Assembly: GCA_963813815.1 (NCBI GenBank)
Contig: CAWFAD010000009.1
Coordinates: 1 to 64,000, forward strand
Direction of reading: 5' to 3'
DNA: 64,000 bases
DNA from: an uncultured bacterium
Lineage (GTDB): Bacteria > Krumholzibacteriota > Krumholzibacteriia > Krumholzibacteriales > Krumholzibacteriaceae
Position numbers and translations under genes: made by a program. This document shows positions 20,268 to 30,179 of this stretch, in pieces; the stretch's first letter is position 1; each line of letters begins with the position of its first letter. The notes below the pieces were generated by a model. It was not told the DNA's origin, did not search any database, and was given only the letters and a program-made list of their open reading frames with translations.

Positions 20268-20933
20268 CTAGAAGCAGCGGTGCTGATAGTGCGTTCCCAT
20301 GAGCGCGAAATCGCTCAGGTTGACCGTGTTGTCGTCGTTGAAATCGGCGCAGGCGTTGTAACCCGTGGCGCCGAGGCTCTTGTTGAACGTGGCGGCAAAC
20401 GGAATGATATCGGACAGATCGTTCTTGCAGTCAGGCAAGCCGCCAGCACCGGTCATGTCCGGACCCTTCACGATGATAGCGATACAGAGCGGGTTCGGGT
20501 TCGGGCACGGTTTTGCCTTGATAACCTTGCCCTGAATGGCCCACCAAATACCGGCTGTGAGAGAGCAACCGCCGCCGGCAACGCGACCGGTGAAGGTCGT
20601 GCGGCCGTTGATGCCCGTCAACGAATCGGCAACGACGGGCTGCGAGCACAGGCAGAACGACTTCGCTGCGTCGCACGAGTTCAGCCAGTAATCCGTCCAG
20701 GGAATGCCCTGAATCGCAAGGTTCGAGGCATCTCTCGCTTCGACCCAGATGTAGTCTGCCGCGCCGCCGCAGGCAGTGCGGATGTACTCGAAATCGCCGG
20801 CCGGGCAAATCGAAAGCTTCATAGTCGTGCAGCTCACGCCAGCGTTGCTGTAACAGTCATCCACATCACCGGCAAAAGCGGAGGTTGCCATCAGGAGCAT
20901 CAATGCGAAAGCAACCACTTTTCCTTTGAACAT
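20268..20933 (-). CDS. Secreted Cys-rich protein with C-terminal dockerin-like (EF-hand) repeats
   Basis: Signal peptide, 13 Cys, repeats PDMTG...DCKNDLSD and ADFNDDNTVNLSD; AGGAGG RBS. Confidence 0.8.
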   Translation of the reverse strand: MFKGKVVAFALMLLMATSAFAGDVDDCYSNAGVSCTTMKLSICPAGDFEYIRTACGGAADYIWVEARDASNLAIQGIPWTDYWLNSCDAAKSFCLCSQPVVADSLTGINGRTTFTGRVAGGGCSLTAGIWWAIQGKVIKAKPCPNPNPLCIAIIVKGPDMTGAGGLPDCKNDLSDIIPFAATFNKSLGATGYNACADFNDDNTVNLSDFALMGTHYQHRCF

Positions 20934-21056
20934 CGCGTTAACCTCCTAAACCTCCTACAAAGGTTCGGGGACGTACAGAAACAGGCCTTGGGGGTAGCGT
21001 CAACCTCCTTCCGCCGGAACAGTGTTGGAGATACCATCACTTACTCGACAGGGGAT

Positions 21057-21086
21057 ATTTTATCATATGCGAAGCAATTATGTCAA
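21057..21086 (-). promoter_or_regulatory. Strong sigma70-type promoter of the dockerin-like gene
   Basis: TTGACA-18 nt-TAAAAT with extended TG. Confidence 0.7.
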
Positions 21087-21210
21087 TGCCAAATGCCGGA
21101 TTCGGGGGGCTCGCGCCCGGCCGCCCGGGGCTCGTCGAACCCCGGACGGCGGCGCATTCTAACCTATTGTGGAATAAGTAGATGGTTGGCGTTTGCCGGG
21201 GGTGGTCCGG

Positions 21211-24200
21211 CTATCCGGCGGCCCGCTCCCGCCGGCCGGCCACGGTCACCCCGTCAAATATTGTATAGGCCACCGGAACGATGAAAAGCGTAAAGAAGGC
21301 CGAAATGACGACGCCGCCTATTTGCACGACGGCCATCGGAGCCCGGAACTCGTACCCCGCCGCGCCGCCCACGATCTGCGGAATCATTCCCACGACGATC
21401 GCGAGGTTTGCCATGATGATCGGCCGCAGCCTCGTCGAGCATGCCTCGAGGAGCGCCTCCTTGATCTTTTTCCCCTGCGAGCGCAGCTGAGCCGTGTAGT
21501 CGAGCATGAGAATGGCGTTGTTGACGACGATGCCGGTGAGCATCACGACCGACATGAGCGAGAAGATGTTGATCGTCTGGCCGGAGAAAAACAGCGACAC
21601 GGCCACGCCGATGAGGGCGAGGGGCAGCGTGAGCATGATCGTCACCGGATGCACGAAGCTTTCCATGATGGCGGCCATCACGATGTAGAGGAGCACGATC
21701 GCGAGCACGAGGGCCGTGAAGATCGAGGCGAACGATTCGTCCTGCATCTCGGACATTCCTCCGTGGCGGACCGTGACGTCGCGCGGCACGCCCATCTCCG
21801 CGAGCTCCGCGTCGAAAAGGGCGCGGACCTCGCTCAGGGAGCCGGCGGCGATGTTCGCGTTGACCGTAACGAGCCGCTGTTTGCTCTTGTGCTGTATCTG
21901 CGACTCTCCCGAGCGGACGGCGAGGTCGCCGATCTCCGAGAGCGGCACGTCTCCCGAGGACGTGGCGACCGGCATGTCGGCGATGAACGCGGGGTCGGCC
22001 CTATCCGAGGCCGCGAACTTGACCCAGATCTCGTACTCCTCACCCTTCTCCCGGTACGCCCCCGCCTCGATCCCCTCGTACGCGGCCCGCATGAGGCCGC
22101 CCATGGCGGACGCGCTCACGCCGCGCTCGGCGAGATCGTTGCGCCGGGGCGTGACGGCGATCTCGGGCTTGCCCGCCTCCCGGCTCGACTGAACCTCGAC
22201 GAGGCCGGGAATGCGGCGCATGATGCGATAGACGGAATCGGCGACCGCGTCGAGATGGCGTTGATCCGAGGAGAGCACTTCGATGACGAAATCCGCCTCG
22301 CCCCCGCCGGAGAAGCCCGTCTCGGTCGAGAGCCGGATATCGGCGTCGGGAATCCCCGCGAGCGCGGGGCGAAGGACGTTGAGGAACTCGGTCGCGTGGA
22401 GCGACCGGCGCTCGGGAGGAACGAGCTGGGCGATGATGTCGGCGTCCTCGACGCCCCGCTGCTGGCCGCCGATCTTGACGACCGTCCCCTCGATCTCCGG
22501 ACGGGAGGCGAGAACCTCCTCGACGAAAGCGGCGGCTTCCCGCGTGCGCTCGATGCTCGTTCCCGGCGGGAGCTCGAGGGTAATGATGACGACGTTCTGG
22601 TCGACGCGCGGTATGAACTCGCCGCCCACGAATCCGAAGAGCAAGAGGGCCCCGGCGAAGATGATCGCGGTGGCGAGAATCGGCCATCGGCGCCGGTCGA
22701 GAAACCGCCCGAGGACGCGGCGGTAGCGCGCGGAAAGGGCGTCGTAGAAGCCGTCCCACTTCCGGCAGAGCGTCGCGAACCGCCCGCAGGCCGCGCCGCT
22801 GCGCTCCTGCGCCTGCGGCTTGATGAGGCGCGCCGAGAGCATCGGAACGATCGTGTAGCTCACGACGATGGAAAAGATCGTCGCGTAAACGACCGTGAGG
22901 CCGAACTGGACGAAGAACCTCCCGATGATGCCGCTCATGAACGCGATCGGCGTGAAGACGACGATGTTCGTGAGCGTCGAGGCCGCGACCGCCACGGCGA
23001 CCTCGGAGGTTCCCTTGACGGCCGCCTCCTCGGGATCCATGCCGAGGTGGACGTGCCGGGTGATGTTCTCGATGATGACGATCGAATTCGTCACGAGCGT
23101 CCCGATCGAAATGCCGAGTCCGAGGAGCGACATGACGTTGAGCGAGAACCCGGACCGCTCCATGAGGAGGAAGGTCGCCACCACGGAGACGGGCATCGAA
23201 AGCGCCGCGACGAGCGTCTGCTGCCAGTTGTGGAGAAAGATGAGGAGGAGGAGCGCCGTGAGCACGATTCCGATCATCACGTTGCCGAGCACGTCGCTCA
23301 CGGCCGCCTTGACGAAGGGAGCGGAGTCGTTCGTGATCTTGACGTCGATGTCGTCATCGAGCGTTTTCCGCAGCTCGTCGAGGGCGGCGTACACGTCTTC
23401 GGCGACCTGAACGGTGTTGCCGTCGGACCGCTTGATGATCGAGAGCCCGATGACCGATTTGCCGTTGTACGTGGACGACTCCCGGAGCTCCTCGACCGTA
23501 TCGAGCACCTCCGCCACCTCCGAGAGCGGCACGGTGCCGCCCGAGCGGAGCGGCAGCCGGAGCCCGGCGATCTCGCCGGGGCTCGACACCTCGCCCATCA
23601 TGCGGAGCGTGATCTCTCGGGGGCCCCGCGTGATGTGTCCAGCGGGAACGTTCACGTTCTCGGCGGCGATCGCGCCGACGACGTCGAGAAGGCTCAGACC
23701 GTACGCGCGCAGCTTCGCCGGCGAAACCTCGACGCGGATCTGACGCTCGCGCTTGCCGGTGACGTCGACCGAGGCCACGCCGTTCACGCGGCTGAGGCGC
23801 TCCCGGATCACCTTGTCCGCCACCCGGTAGATATCCTCGAGCGGGCGCGGCGCGGAGACGGCGATCTCGATAACGGGGTAGGCGCTGAAGTCGAACTTGC
23901 TGATGGCCGACGCTTCGGCGTTCTCCGGCATGTCGTACTGGATCGCGTCGACCTTGTCCTTCACGTCGATCGCGTCGAGGTCGACGTTGGTCTCGAGCTC
24001 GAACTCGATGAAGACCTGCGAGAGGTTCTCCTGCGAGATCGAGGTGAGGGTCTTCACGTTGGCGATCGTCGAGACGGCGTCCTCGATCTTCTTCGTGACC
24101 TGCGTCTCGACCTCGCCCGGCGAGGCCCCCGGGTAAACCGTCGTGACGATAACGAAGGGAAACTCGATGTTCGGCATGAGCTCGATCGGCATGCGCCCGT

Positions 24201-24285
24201 ACGAATAGAGTCCGAGCACGATGAACGCGAGCGTGATCATCGTCGTGAGGACCGGGCGCTTGACGAAGATGCGAATGATGTTCAT
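21211..24285 (-). CDS. RND efflux transporter permease (AcrB/AcrD/AcrF family)
   Basis: 1024 aa; [36 protein letters not shown] motifs. Confidence 0.95.
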   Translation of the reverse strand: MNIIRIFVKRPVLTTMITLAFIVLGLYSYGRMPIELMPNIEFPFVIVTTVYPGASPGEVETQVTKKIEDAVSTIANVKTLTSISQENLSQVFIEFELETNVDLDAIDVKDKVDAIQYDMPENAEASAISKFDFSAYPVIEIAVSAPRPLEDIYRVADKVIRERLSRVNGVASVDVTGKRERQIRVEVSPAKLRAYGLSLLDVVGAIAAENVNVPAGHITRGPREITLRMMGEVSSPGEIAGLRLPLRSGGTVPLSEVAEVLDTVEELRESSTYNGKSVIGLSIIKRSDGNTVQVAEDVYAALDELRKTLDDDIDVKITNDSAPFVKAAVSDVLGNVMIGIVLTALLLLIFLHNWQQTLVAALSMPVSVVATFLLMERSGFSLNVMSLLGLGISIGTLVTNSIVIIENITRHVHLGMDPEEAAVKGTSEVAVAVAASTLTNIVVFTPIAFMSGIIGRFFVQFGLTVVYATIFSIVVSYTIVPMLSARLIKPQAQERSGAACGRFATLCRKWDGFYDALSARYRRVLGRFLDRRRWPILATAIIFAGALLLFGFVGGEFIPRVDQNVVIITLELPPGTSIERTREAAAFVEEVLASRPEIEGTVVKIGGQQRGVEDADIIAQLVPPERRSLHATEFLNVLRPALAGIPDADIRLSTETGFSGGGEADFVIEVLSSDQRHLDAVADSVYRIMRRIPGLVEVQSSREAGKPEIAVTPRRNDLAERGVSASAMGGLMRAAYEGIEAGAYREKGEEYEIWVKFAASDRADPAFIADMPVATSSGDVPLSEIGDLAVRSGESQIQHKSKQRLVTVNANIAAGSLSEVRALFDAELAEMGVPRDVTVRHGGMSEMQDESFASIFTALVLAIVLLYIVMAAIMESFVHPVTIMLTLPLALIGVAVSLFFSGQTINIFSLMSVVMLTGIVVNNAILMLDYTAQLRSQGKKIKEALLEACSTRLRPIIMANLAIVVGMIPQIVGGAAGYEFRAPMAVVQIGGVVISAFFTLFIVPVAYTIFDGVTVAGRRERAAG

Positions 24286-24286
24286 C

Positions 24287-25402
24287 CTACCGGCCCTCCC
24301 CGCCCTTGACGATCTTGACGAGGTCGCCGTCCTCGAGCATGGTCTGGCCGAAGAGCACGACGCGGTCGCCGGCGCTCACGCCCGATCTGATCTCGACTTC
24401 GTCGGTGGTGCGGAGCCCCGGTTGCACCGCCCGCAGGCGCGCCACGGAGCGGGAGCTGTCGTCCTGCGCCACGACGTACACGTGCGGCTCGCCCCGCACC
24501 TCGAACAGGCTTTCCGCGGGGACCTTCACGACGCCTCTCCGGAAACCCGCGAGAACGTCGAACGAGAGAAGAATCCCCGGCATGAGCTTGCCGTTCGCGT
24601 TCGGAAACGAGGCCTCGCCGCGGACGAGGTGGCTCTCCGGATCGGCCGCCAGATCGAGCTTGCTGACGATCCCCGAGCCGGAGGCGCCGTTCGACGCGGA
24701 GCGCCAGACGGCCTTCTGTCCCCGCGCGAGGATCATCGCCTGACGGCTGCCGGCCTCGAAGCTCACGCGCACCGAGTCGGTGCGGGCCACCCACATGAGC
24801 GGCGAATAGGCGGGCGCCATCTCCCCTTCCTTCACGAGCACGATCGTGACGATCCCGGCGTGCGTCGCGAGCAGGCTCGTGCTCTGCCGGGCGTTCGAGA
24901 GATCGGTCTTCGCGACCGCGACCGCGAGCTCCGCCTTTTCGAGCGCCTGCTGCGACACGGCCCCTTCCTTGAAGAGGTTTCGCATTCTCTCGACGTCGGC
25001 GAGGGCGTCCTGATACACGGCGAGGGAACGGTCGTAGGAGTGGAGCATCGGATTGGGCGCCGCCGTCTCGAGGCGAATGAGCACGTCCCCCTTCTTCACG
25101 CGGTCCCCCTCCCGCTTCGGCACGCCGACGATCGTGATCGAGTTCGTGGAGATCACGGGGTACTGCAGCGAGCCTTCGACGGTGCCGGCGAGGGTCGTCC
25201 ACGAATCGAGATCGCCCGCCGCGGCGACGACGACCTCGACCGGCTTCCCATCGCGCGCCTGAATCTCGGTGATGCTCGCGTAGCTCTTTCGCTCGCCGAT
25301 CTGCAGAAACCGCAGAACGAAGATCATTGCGATGACGGCGACCGCGGCCGGCGCCGCCCAGCGGGCGAGCCCTCGTTTTCCGCCTCTCGACCGTTCTTCC
25401 AT
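24287..25402 (-). CDS. RND efflux periplasmic adaptor (MFP)
   Basis: N-terminal TM, EGDRVKKGDVL lipoyl motif, VEIRSGV..GDRVV. Confidence 0.9.
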   Translation of the reverse strand: MEERSRGGKRGLARWAAPAAVAVIAMIFVLRFLQIGERKSYASITEIQARDGKPVEVVVAAAGDLDSWTTLAGTVEGSLQYPVISTNSITIVGVPKREGDRVKKGDVLIRLETAAPNPMLHSYDRSLAVYQDALADVERMRNLFKEGAVSQQALEKAELAVAVAKTDLSNARQSTSLLATHAGIVTIVLVKEGEMAPAYSPLMWVARTDSVRVSFEAGSRQAMILARGQKAVWRSASNGASGSGIVSKLDLAADPESHLVRGEASFPNANGKLMPGILLSFDVLAGFRRGVVKVPAESLFEVRGEPHVYVVAQDDSSRSVARLRAVQPGLRTTDEVEIRSGVSAGDRVVLFGQTMLEDGDLVKIVKGGEGR

Positions 25403-25482
25403 TCCTATTCTTCCTTTCGATAATGCCGGTTCGGCTTTCTTGCCCGCCGGAAACCGGCTCTGTTCATCCGGTGCGTCCGGCC

Positions 25483-26883
25483 TCATTTCGGGCCGGCGAG
25501 AGCTTCCGTTCCGACGGCGAGCTCGAGATACGCCTCGGCCATGCGCGATGAAAAGAGCGCCTCGACGAGCTGGGCCCGCGCCGTCGTCATCGCGAGCTCG
25601 GCGTCGAGCCGCTCGAGCGGGGTGGCGAGCCCGTTCGTGAGCCGCACGAGGGCGATCCGGTAGGTCTCCTCGGCGAGCGCCACCGATTCCTCGCGCCCCT
25701 CGAGCGCCGAAAGGGCGTTCTCGAGATTGCGGTACGATTGCCGCACGGCGAGGTCCTTGTCCCGCGTGACGCGCTCGAGCTCGAGCTCCGCGCCGCGCAG
25801 GTCGGCCGCGGCTTTTCCGATCTTTCCCTTGGCGCTGAATCCGTCGAATATCGGTATCTGAAATCCTATCTGAACCGCTGCGGACTTGGCGACGAGGTCC
25901 TGAGGCGGCAGCCATTCGTTCGACCACTGGGTCTGCACCGCGTAGTAGGCGTCGAGGCTCAGCATCGGGTAGCGGTCGGCCTTCGCGATGCGCAGAAACT
26001 GTTTCTCGGCGCCGACGGCGCTCCGCAGGGCCTGAATCTCGGGGCTCGAAGCGAGCATCGCCGCGAGCACGGCGTCGATCCCCGCCGGAGGCGCGCCCGC
26101 GGAGAGCGAGTCGGTGAGCGTCACGGCATCCCCCGCGTCGATGCCGCACCGGCGGCGCAGCGTGAGGAGCGCCTGATCGTAATCGTTTCGCGCCTTGACG
26201 AGGGGCGCCTTCCGGTTCGCGAGCTCGACTTCGGCGCGCAGCCTGTCGTACCGGCTCACGACTCCCTCGTCGAACCCGACGCGCGCGATGCGCGCCGCCT
26301 CGGCGACCGTTTCGGAGGCCTTCTCCTCGATGCGAAGAAGCTCGGCGGCGAGGAGAACGCCGTAGTACGCCTCCTTGACGCTGAACCGCACGTAATCCGA
26401 CGCCGCGCTCTCCCGGTACCGGGCCGAGGCCAGATAGTGCTTCGCGGCCTCGAGCCCCGCCGACACGCGCCCGGCCGCCCAGAGCACTTGGCTCACGGAA
26501 GCGGCGGCCTGAAAGTCGTTGTCTTCCCCGATCTCGATCTTGACGGAGCCCGAGCCCTCCCCGAAGAACGCGGCCGGAAGGAAGAACGATGGCCGCAGGA
26601 GATTGCGCCCGTACTGCCCGGAAACCGACAGGTGCGGCAAGGCGTTCGCCCGCGCTTCCATGACCTGCCCCTCGGCTCCCGCCACCGCCTGCGTCACCTG
26701 CCGGAGCATCTCGTCGTTCTGGATGCCGAGATCGATCGCCTTCTCGAGGCCGAGGCTCATCTCCCCGGCGCCCGCCGAGGAGGGGCCCGGCCCGGCGAGT
26801 ATCGCGCCGCCGATGAGAAGCGCCGCCGCGGCGCGCAACGGGGCGCCCCGCAGGCCGCTACGGCCGCCTGCTGTCACCGTCAT
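25483..26883 (-). CDS. TolC family outer membrane efflux protein
   Basis: Signal peptide, helical repeats, IPIFDG, GLAT.LE.LDA. Confidence 0.9.
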   Translation of the reverse strand: MTVTAGGRSGLRGAPLRAAAALLIGGAILAGPGPSSAGAGEMSLGLEKAIDLGIQNDEMLRQVTQAVAGAEGQVMEARANALPHLSVSGQYGRNLLRPSFFLPAAFFGEGSGSVKIEIGEDNDFQAAASVSQVLWAAGRVSAGLEAAKHYLASARYRESAASDYVRFSVKEAYYGVLLAAELLRIEEKASETVAEAARIARVGFDEGVVSRYDRLRAEVELANRKAPLVKARNDYDQALLTLRRRCGIDAGDAVTLTDSLSAGAPPAGIDAVLAAMLASSPEIQALRSAVGAEKQFLRIAKADRYPMLSLDAYYAVQTQWSNEWLPPQDLVAKSAAVQIGFQIPIFDGFSAKGKIGKAAADLRGAELELERVTRDKDLAVRQSYRNLENALSALEGREESVALAEETYRIALVRLTNGLATPLERLDAELAMTTARAQLVEALFSSRMAEAYLELAVGTEALAGPK

Positions 26884-26887
26884 TTCG

Positions 26888-27532
26888 TCATTCCTTTCCC
26901 TGAAGTTCCGGCCGCCCAAGAAGCGGCTCGATGATCAAACGGTCTATGACCCCCGGAACGTCGTCGAAGCACTCGACGTTCCGCCGCGTCATGTACAAGT
27001 GCAGTAGCTCGTGCACGGCGCCCACGAGGATGGCCGCGAGCACGGCGGGATCCATGCGCCGGACATCCCCCCGCTCCATCGCCTTCTTGCAGAGAACCTC
27101 TATTGTTTCGCGGTTTCGCTCGATCTCGCCGCGAATGCTCCCTTCGAGGTATATCGGGCACTCCTTCGTGTAGATCAGGAAAAAGTCGAGGTGCTTCTTG
27201 AAATGCCTGATCGCCGCCGCCAGCCGGCACCGGAGCTGCTCGACGGGAGGGTCGTCCGGACGACAGGAGGCGTCCCCCTCGCGGCGCATCTCCTCCACGT
27301 ATGTCTCGAGGAGCTTCCGGAATATTTCCTCTTTGCCGGTGAAGTACGAGTAGAGCTTTCCCACGGACATGTCGGCCCGATCCGCAATGTCCTTCATGCT
27401 CGTTTTCTGATACCCCTGATGGCCGATCAGTTCAACGGCGGAGGCGAGAATGATCTCCCGGCATCTTCGACGCTCGCGGTCTCGTCGCGTGCTGTGGCTA
27501 TCATCCCCCGCATGGAGCGCGCCCGACTTCAC
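26888..27532 (-). CDS. TetR/AcrR family transcriptional regulator
   Basis: HTH GYQKTSMKDIADRADMSVGKLYSYFTGKEEI; GTG start with GGAGG RBS. Confidence 0.92.
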   Translation of the reverse strand: MKSGALHAGDDSHSTRRDRERRRCREIILASAVELIGHQGYQKTSMKDIADRADMSVGKLYSYFTGKEEIFRKLLETYVEEMRREGDASCRPDDPPVEQLRCRLAAAIRHFKKHLDFFLIYTKECPIYLEGSIRGEIERNRETIEVLCKKAMERGDVRRMDPAVLAAILVGAVHELLHLYMTRRNVECFDDVPGVIDRLIIEPLLGRPELQGKE

Positions 27533-27568
27533 GATAGATCCTCCGGGTTCGGCCGATACCGGCGCCAT

Positions 27569-27599
27569 GAATACAAATTCGAAATATGAATATACATTC
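27569..27599. promoter_or_regulatory. Tandem palindromes GAAT-N4-ATTC, candidate TetR operators
   Basis: GAATACAAATTC (27569-27580) and GAATATACATTC (27588-27599) just upstream of the TetR gene. Confidence 0.6.
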
Positions 27600-27732
27600 T
27601 GAATCGTAGTACGCAAGCAAAATACCAGCGGAGCCCGAATGCGCCGAGGGCGATGGATCATGCTCCATCGCCCTCTATCCGCGGGTCACACCCTCACGTG
27701 GTGCTATCTATTCATTCGACAAGCTATTTCCT

Positions 27733-29664
27733 CTAAATACTCGACAGCTTGCCGTTCTTGTAGAGGAATCTGTCTCCCCGCGCCAGCGGAAGTCCCTGCG
27801 GCACGACGCACCCGGCCTTCCGCGCATCCCCCTCGAAGTCGTAGTAGCGCTTGCAGCTGCTGCCGCCGTGCATCGGAAAGATGCACTCGGGGCTCAGCTT
27901 GTTCACGGCGAAATAGACGCCTTTCTTGACGATCTCCTGATCGCCGAACCCGCACCCCGAGACGGGGAAGAACGCGAAATCGATCTCGCGGCCGAGCCCC
28001 GCGAGGTAATCGATCTCGGCGGCGTAGGCGCCGTCGACGTTGGCGTCGCGGTTATGATGGTCGCCCGAGTGCAGGAAGGTGACGCCGTCGACCGTGACGA
28101 GGAATCCGACGCCGGCGTCGGTCGAGCGGATCGCCGTCACGTCGATCCCGCCGATGCTCTTCGTTTGACGCGGATCGATGCGCTCGCACGCCACGTTCGT
28201 ATCCGGCTCCTGCCCAAACACCCACGTGATGCCGTCGAGCCCCTCGTTCCATTTGAAATTCGCCTTGTTGTAATGATCGACGTGCGACGTGTGCGAAACG
28301 AAAGCCGTCACCTTCTTGCCCCGCAGATCCCCGGGGTTGACGCAGCCGTTGAGAAGGCTCGGCGAATCGGGGGCGCGGCCGTCCTGAAAATAGTCGAAGA
28401 TCATGACGTTGCTCTTCGTCTGCACGATCCAGCCGGAGTGACCCGTGTAGTATACGATCGCTTCTCCGTCGCCGAGCTTCTTCGAGAGGAGCGCGGCCGC
28501 CGAGGCTTCCTTGCCGGCGCCCTTTCCACCCTTCGCCTTGATGGCGCGCGCCACTGACGCGTTGCCGTGCCTCGCCGCGTAGTGGAGCGGCGTGTTTCCG
28601 AAGCGATCCTCGACGTTCAGGGACGCTCCCTTCTCGATGAGCAGCTCCGCGACGTCCCCATACCCCTTGGCCGCCGCCAGATGCAGCGCCGTGGCGCCGA
28701 AGTTGCCGTCGAGGGCGTCCATTTTCGCTCCCGCCGAAATGAGATATCGCGTTAAATCGGGGTTCCCCCGTTCGGCCGCGATGAGCAGAGGGGTGAGCCC
28801 CTCGTTGTTCACGAGATCGATCTCGCACCCTTTCTCCACGAGGAGCCGCGCGAGTTCGGCGCTGCCGCGATACGCGAGACGGTGCAGAGCGTTGTTGCCG
28901 AAAGGATCGACGCCTTTCGCGTCCGCTCCCCGCGCGAGGAGGAGCTCGATGAGATCGCTCGATCCCGCGATCATGGACACCGCGAGCGGAGATTGACCGT
29001 TGTGGCTCGTTTCGTTCGGATCGGCGCCGTTGTCGAGGAGATAGGCGGCCATCTCCGTCCGGCCGCGCATGGCGGCCGCTACGAGTGGCGTGTTGCCGAA
29101 CTGATCGCAGCCGGCGGCGAGAGAAGCCCCATTCGACACGAGCTCCTTGAGGGCGGCGACGTCGCCGCGATAGCAGGCGAAATGAACGAGCGACGATCCC
29201 TGCGTCGTCCGGTCGTCGAGCTTTCCGCCCTTCGAGGCGAGATAGCGCACCAGCTCGAACCTGCCGCGCGAACCGGCGAACAGCACGGCGGTCATGCCGT
29301 TATCGTCCTTCGAGTTTATATCGACCCCACGCGAGAGAATAAGATCCAATATCTCCCGGCTTTCGCCGCATGCCGCCAGATGCAACGCGTTGCTGTTCTC
29401 GTTGTCGCCGAGATTCGGGTCGGCGCCCCTGTCGAGAAGAAGACGCGCGGCCTCCACGTTGCCGATGATGATCGCCACGTGAAGCGGCGGGTTGCCGTCC
29501 GCGTCTTTGAGACCGAGAACGGATTTGTCGGCCGCGACGAGACGCTCGATCGTCCCGACGTCCCCGAGGCGGACCGCCTCGTGGATCTCTCCCGCCATGA
29601 GCCCGGCGGCCGAGCCGAGAACGGCGAGAGCGAGCAAACATATACGCATGATACGCATGGGCAC
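27733..29664 (-). CDS. Secreted ankyrin-repeat protein fused to a metallo-beta-lactamase-fold domain
   Basis: Many G.TPLH.AA..G ankyrin repeats; C-terminal GHSG, SHTSHVDH, HSGD, FPMH motifs. Confidence 0.85.
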   Translation of the reverse strand: MPMRIMRICLLALAVLGSAAGLMAGEIHEAVRLGDVGTIERLVAADKSVLGLKDADGNPPLHVAIIIGNVEAARLLLDRGADPNLGDNENSNALHLAACGESREILDLILSRGVDINSKDDNGMTAVLFAGSRGRFELVRYLASKGGKLDDRTTQGSSLVHFACYRGDVAALKELVSNGASLAAGCDQFGNTPLVAAAMRGRTEMAAYLLDNGADPNETSHNGQSPLAVSMIAGSSDLIELLLARGADAKGVDPFGNNALHRLAYRGSAELARLLVEKGCEIDLVNNEGLTPLLIAAERGNPDLTRYLISAGAKMDALDGNFGATALHLAAAKGYGDVAELLIEKGASLNVEDRFGNTPLHYAARHGNASVARAIKAKGGKGAGKEASAAALLSKKLGDGEAIVYYTGHSGWIVQTKSNVMIFDYFQDGRAPDSPSLLNGCVNPGDLRGKKVTAFVSHTSHVDHYNKANFKWNEGLDGITWVFGQEPDTNVACERIDPRQTKSIGGIDVTAIRSTDAGVGFLVTVDGVTFLHSGDHHNRDANVDGAYAAEIDYLAGLGREIDFAFFPVSGCGFGDQEIVKKGVYFAVNKLSPECIFPMHGGSSCKRYYDFEGDARKAGCVVPQGLPLARGDRFLYKNGKLSSI

Positions 29665-29759
29665 CCCTTTCTTTATAAAGGGATATACGACGCGAGCTCA
29701 CAAAAGTGCCGCGATACCTCAAAAATGAGGAAACAATTGTGGACGGTCGAGCGTACTAC

Positions 29760-29789
29760 TGTTAAGTTAGCGATAGTGTTAAATTAACA
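29760..29789. promoter_or_regulatory. Candidate PadR operator pair
   Basis: Palindrome TGTTAA-A-TTAACA (29777-29789) and a degenerate copy TGTTAAGTTAGCG (29760-29772). Confidence 0.5.
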
Positions 29790-29810
29790 ATATTCGGTGG
29801 AGGTGCGCAA

Positions 29811-30179
29811 TTGATTGAAAAACCGCCGGATAAGAAGTTCCAGAAGGAGCTCAACGCCGGGACCGCCGCGCTCGTGCTCCTCGGAGTCCTCGAGAGGAGC
29901 CGCGAGCCGATGTACGGGTATCAGCTCGCGAAGCTCATCTCCTCGTCGAGCGACGAGACGCCGATGATGAAGCAGGGCGCCCTGTACCCGGTGCTCCGCT
30001 CCCTCGAGCGGAGCGGCCTGCTCGAGAGCTCCGTCGAAACCTCCGTCTCCGGTCCGCCCCGCCGGTACTACGTCATAACCGGGGCGGGGCGCGAAACGCT
30101 CGCGCGCTGGATCGAGATGTGGAAGGGAAGCAGGGATTTCGTCGACTCGATTCTCAGGGGGGTGCACGATGAATCATGA
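29811..30179 (+). CDS. PadR family transcriptional regulator
   Basis: MYGYQL, GALYPVLRSLE, PPRRYY.IT..G motifs; TTG start with GGAGG. Confidence 0.93.
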   Translation: MIEKPPDKKFQKELNAGTAALVLLGVLERSREPMYGYQLAKLISSSSDETPMMKQGALYPVLRSLERSGLLESSVETSVSGPPRRYYVITGAGRETLARWIEMWKGSRDFVDSILRGVHDES

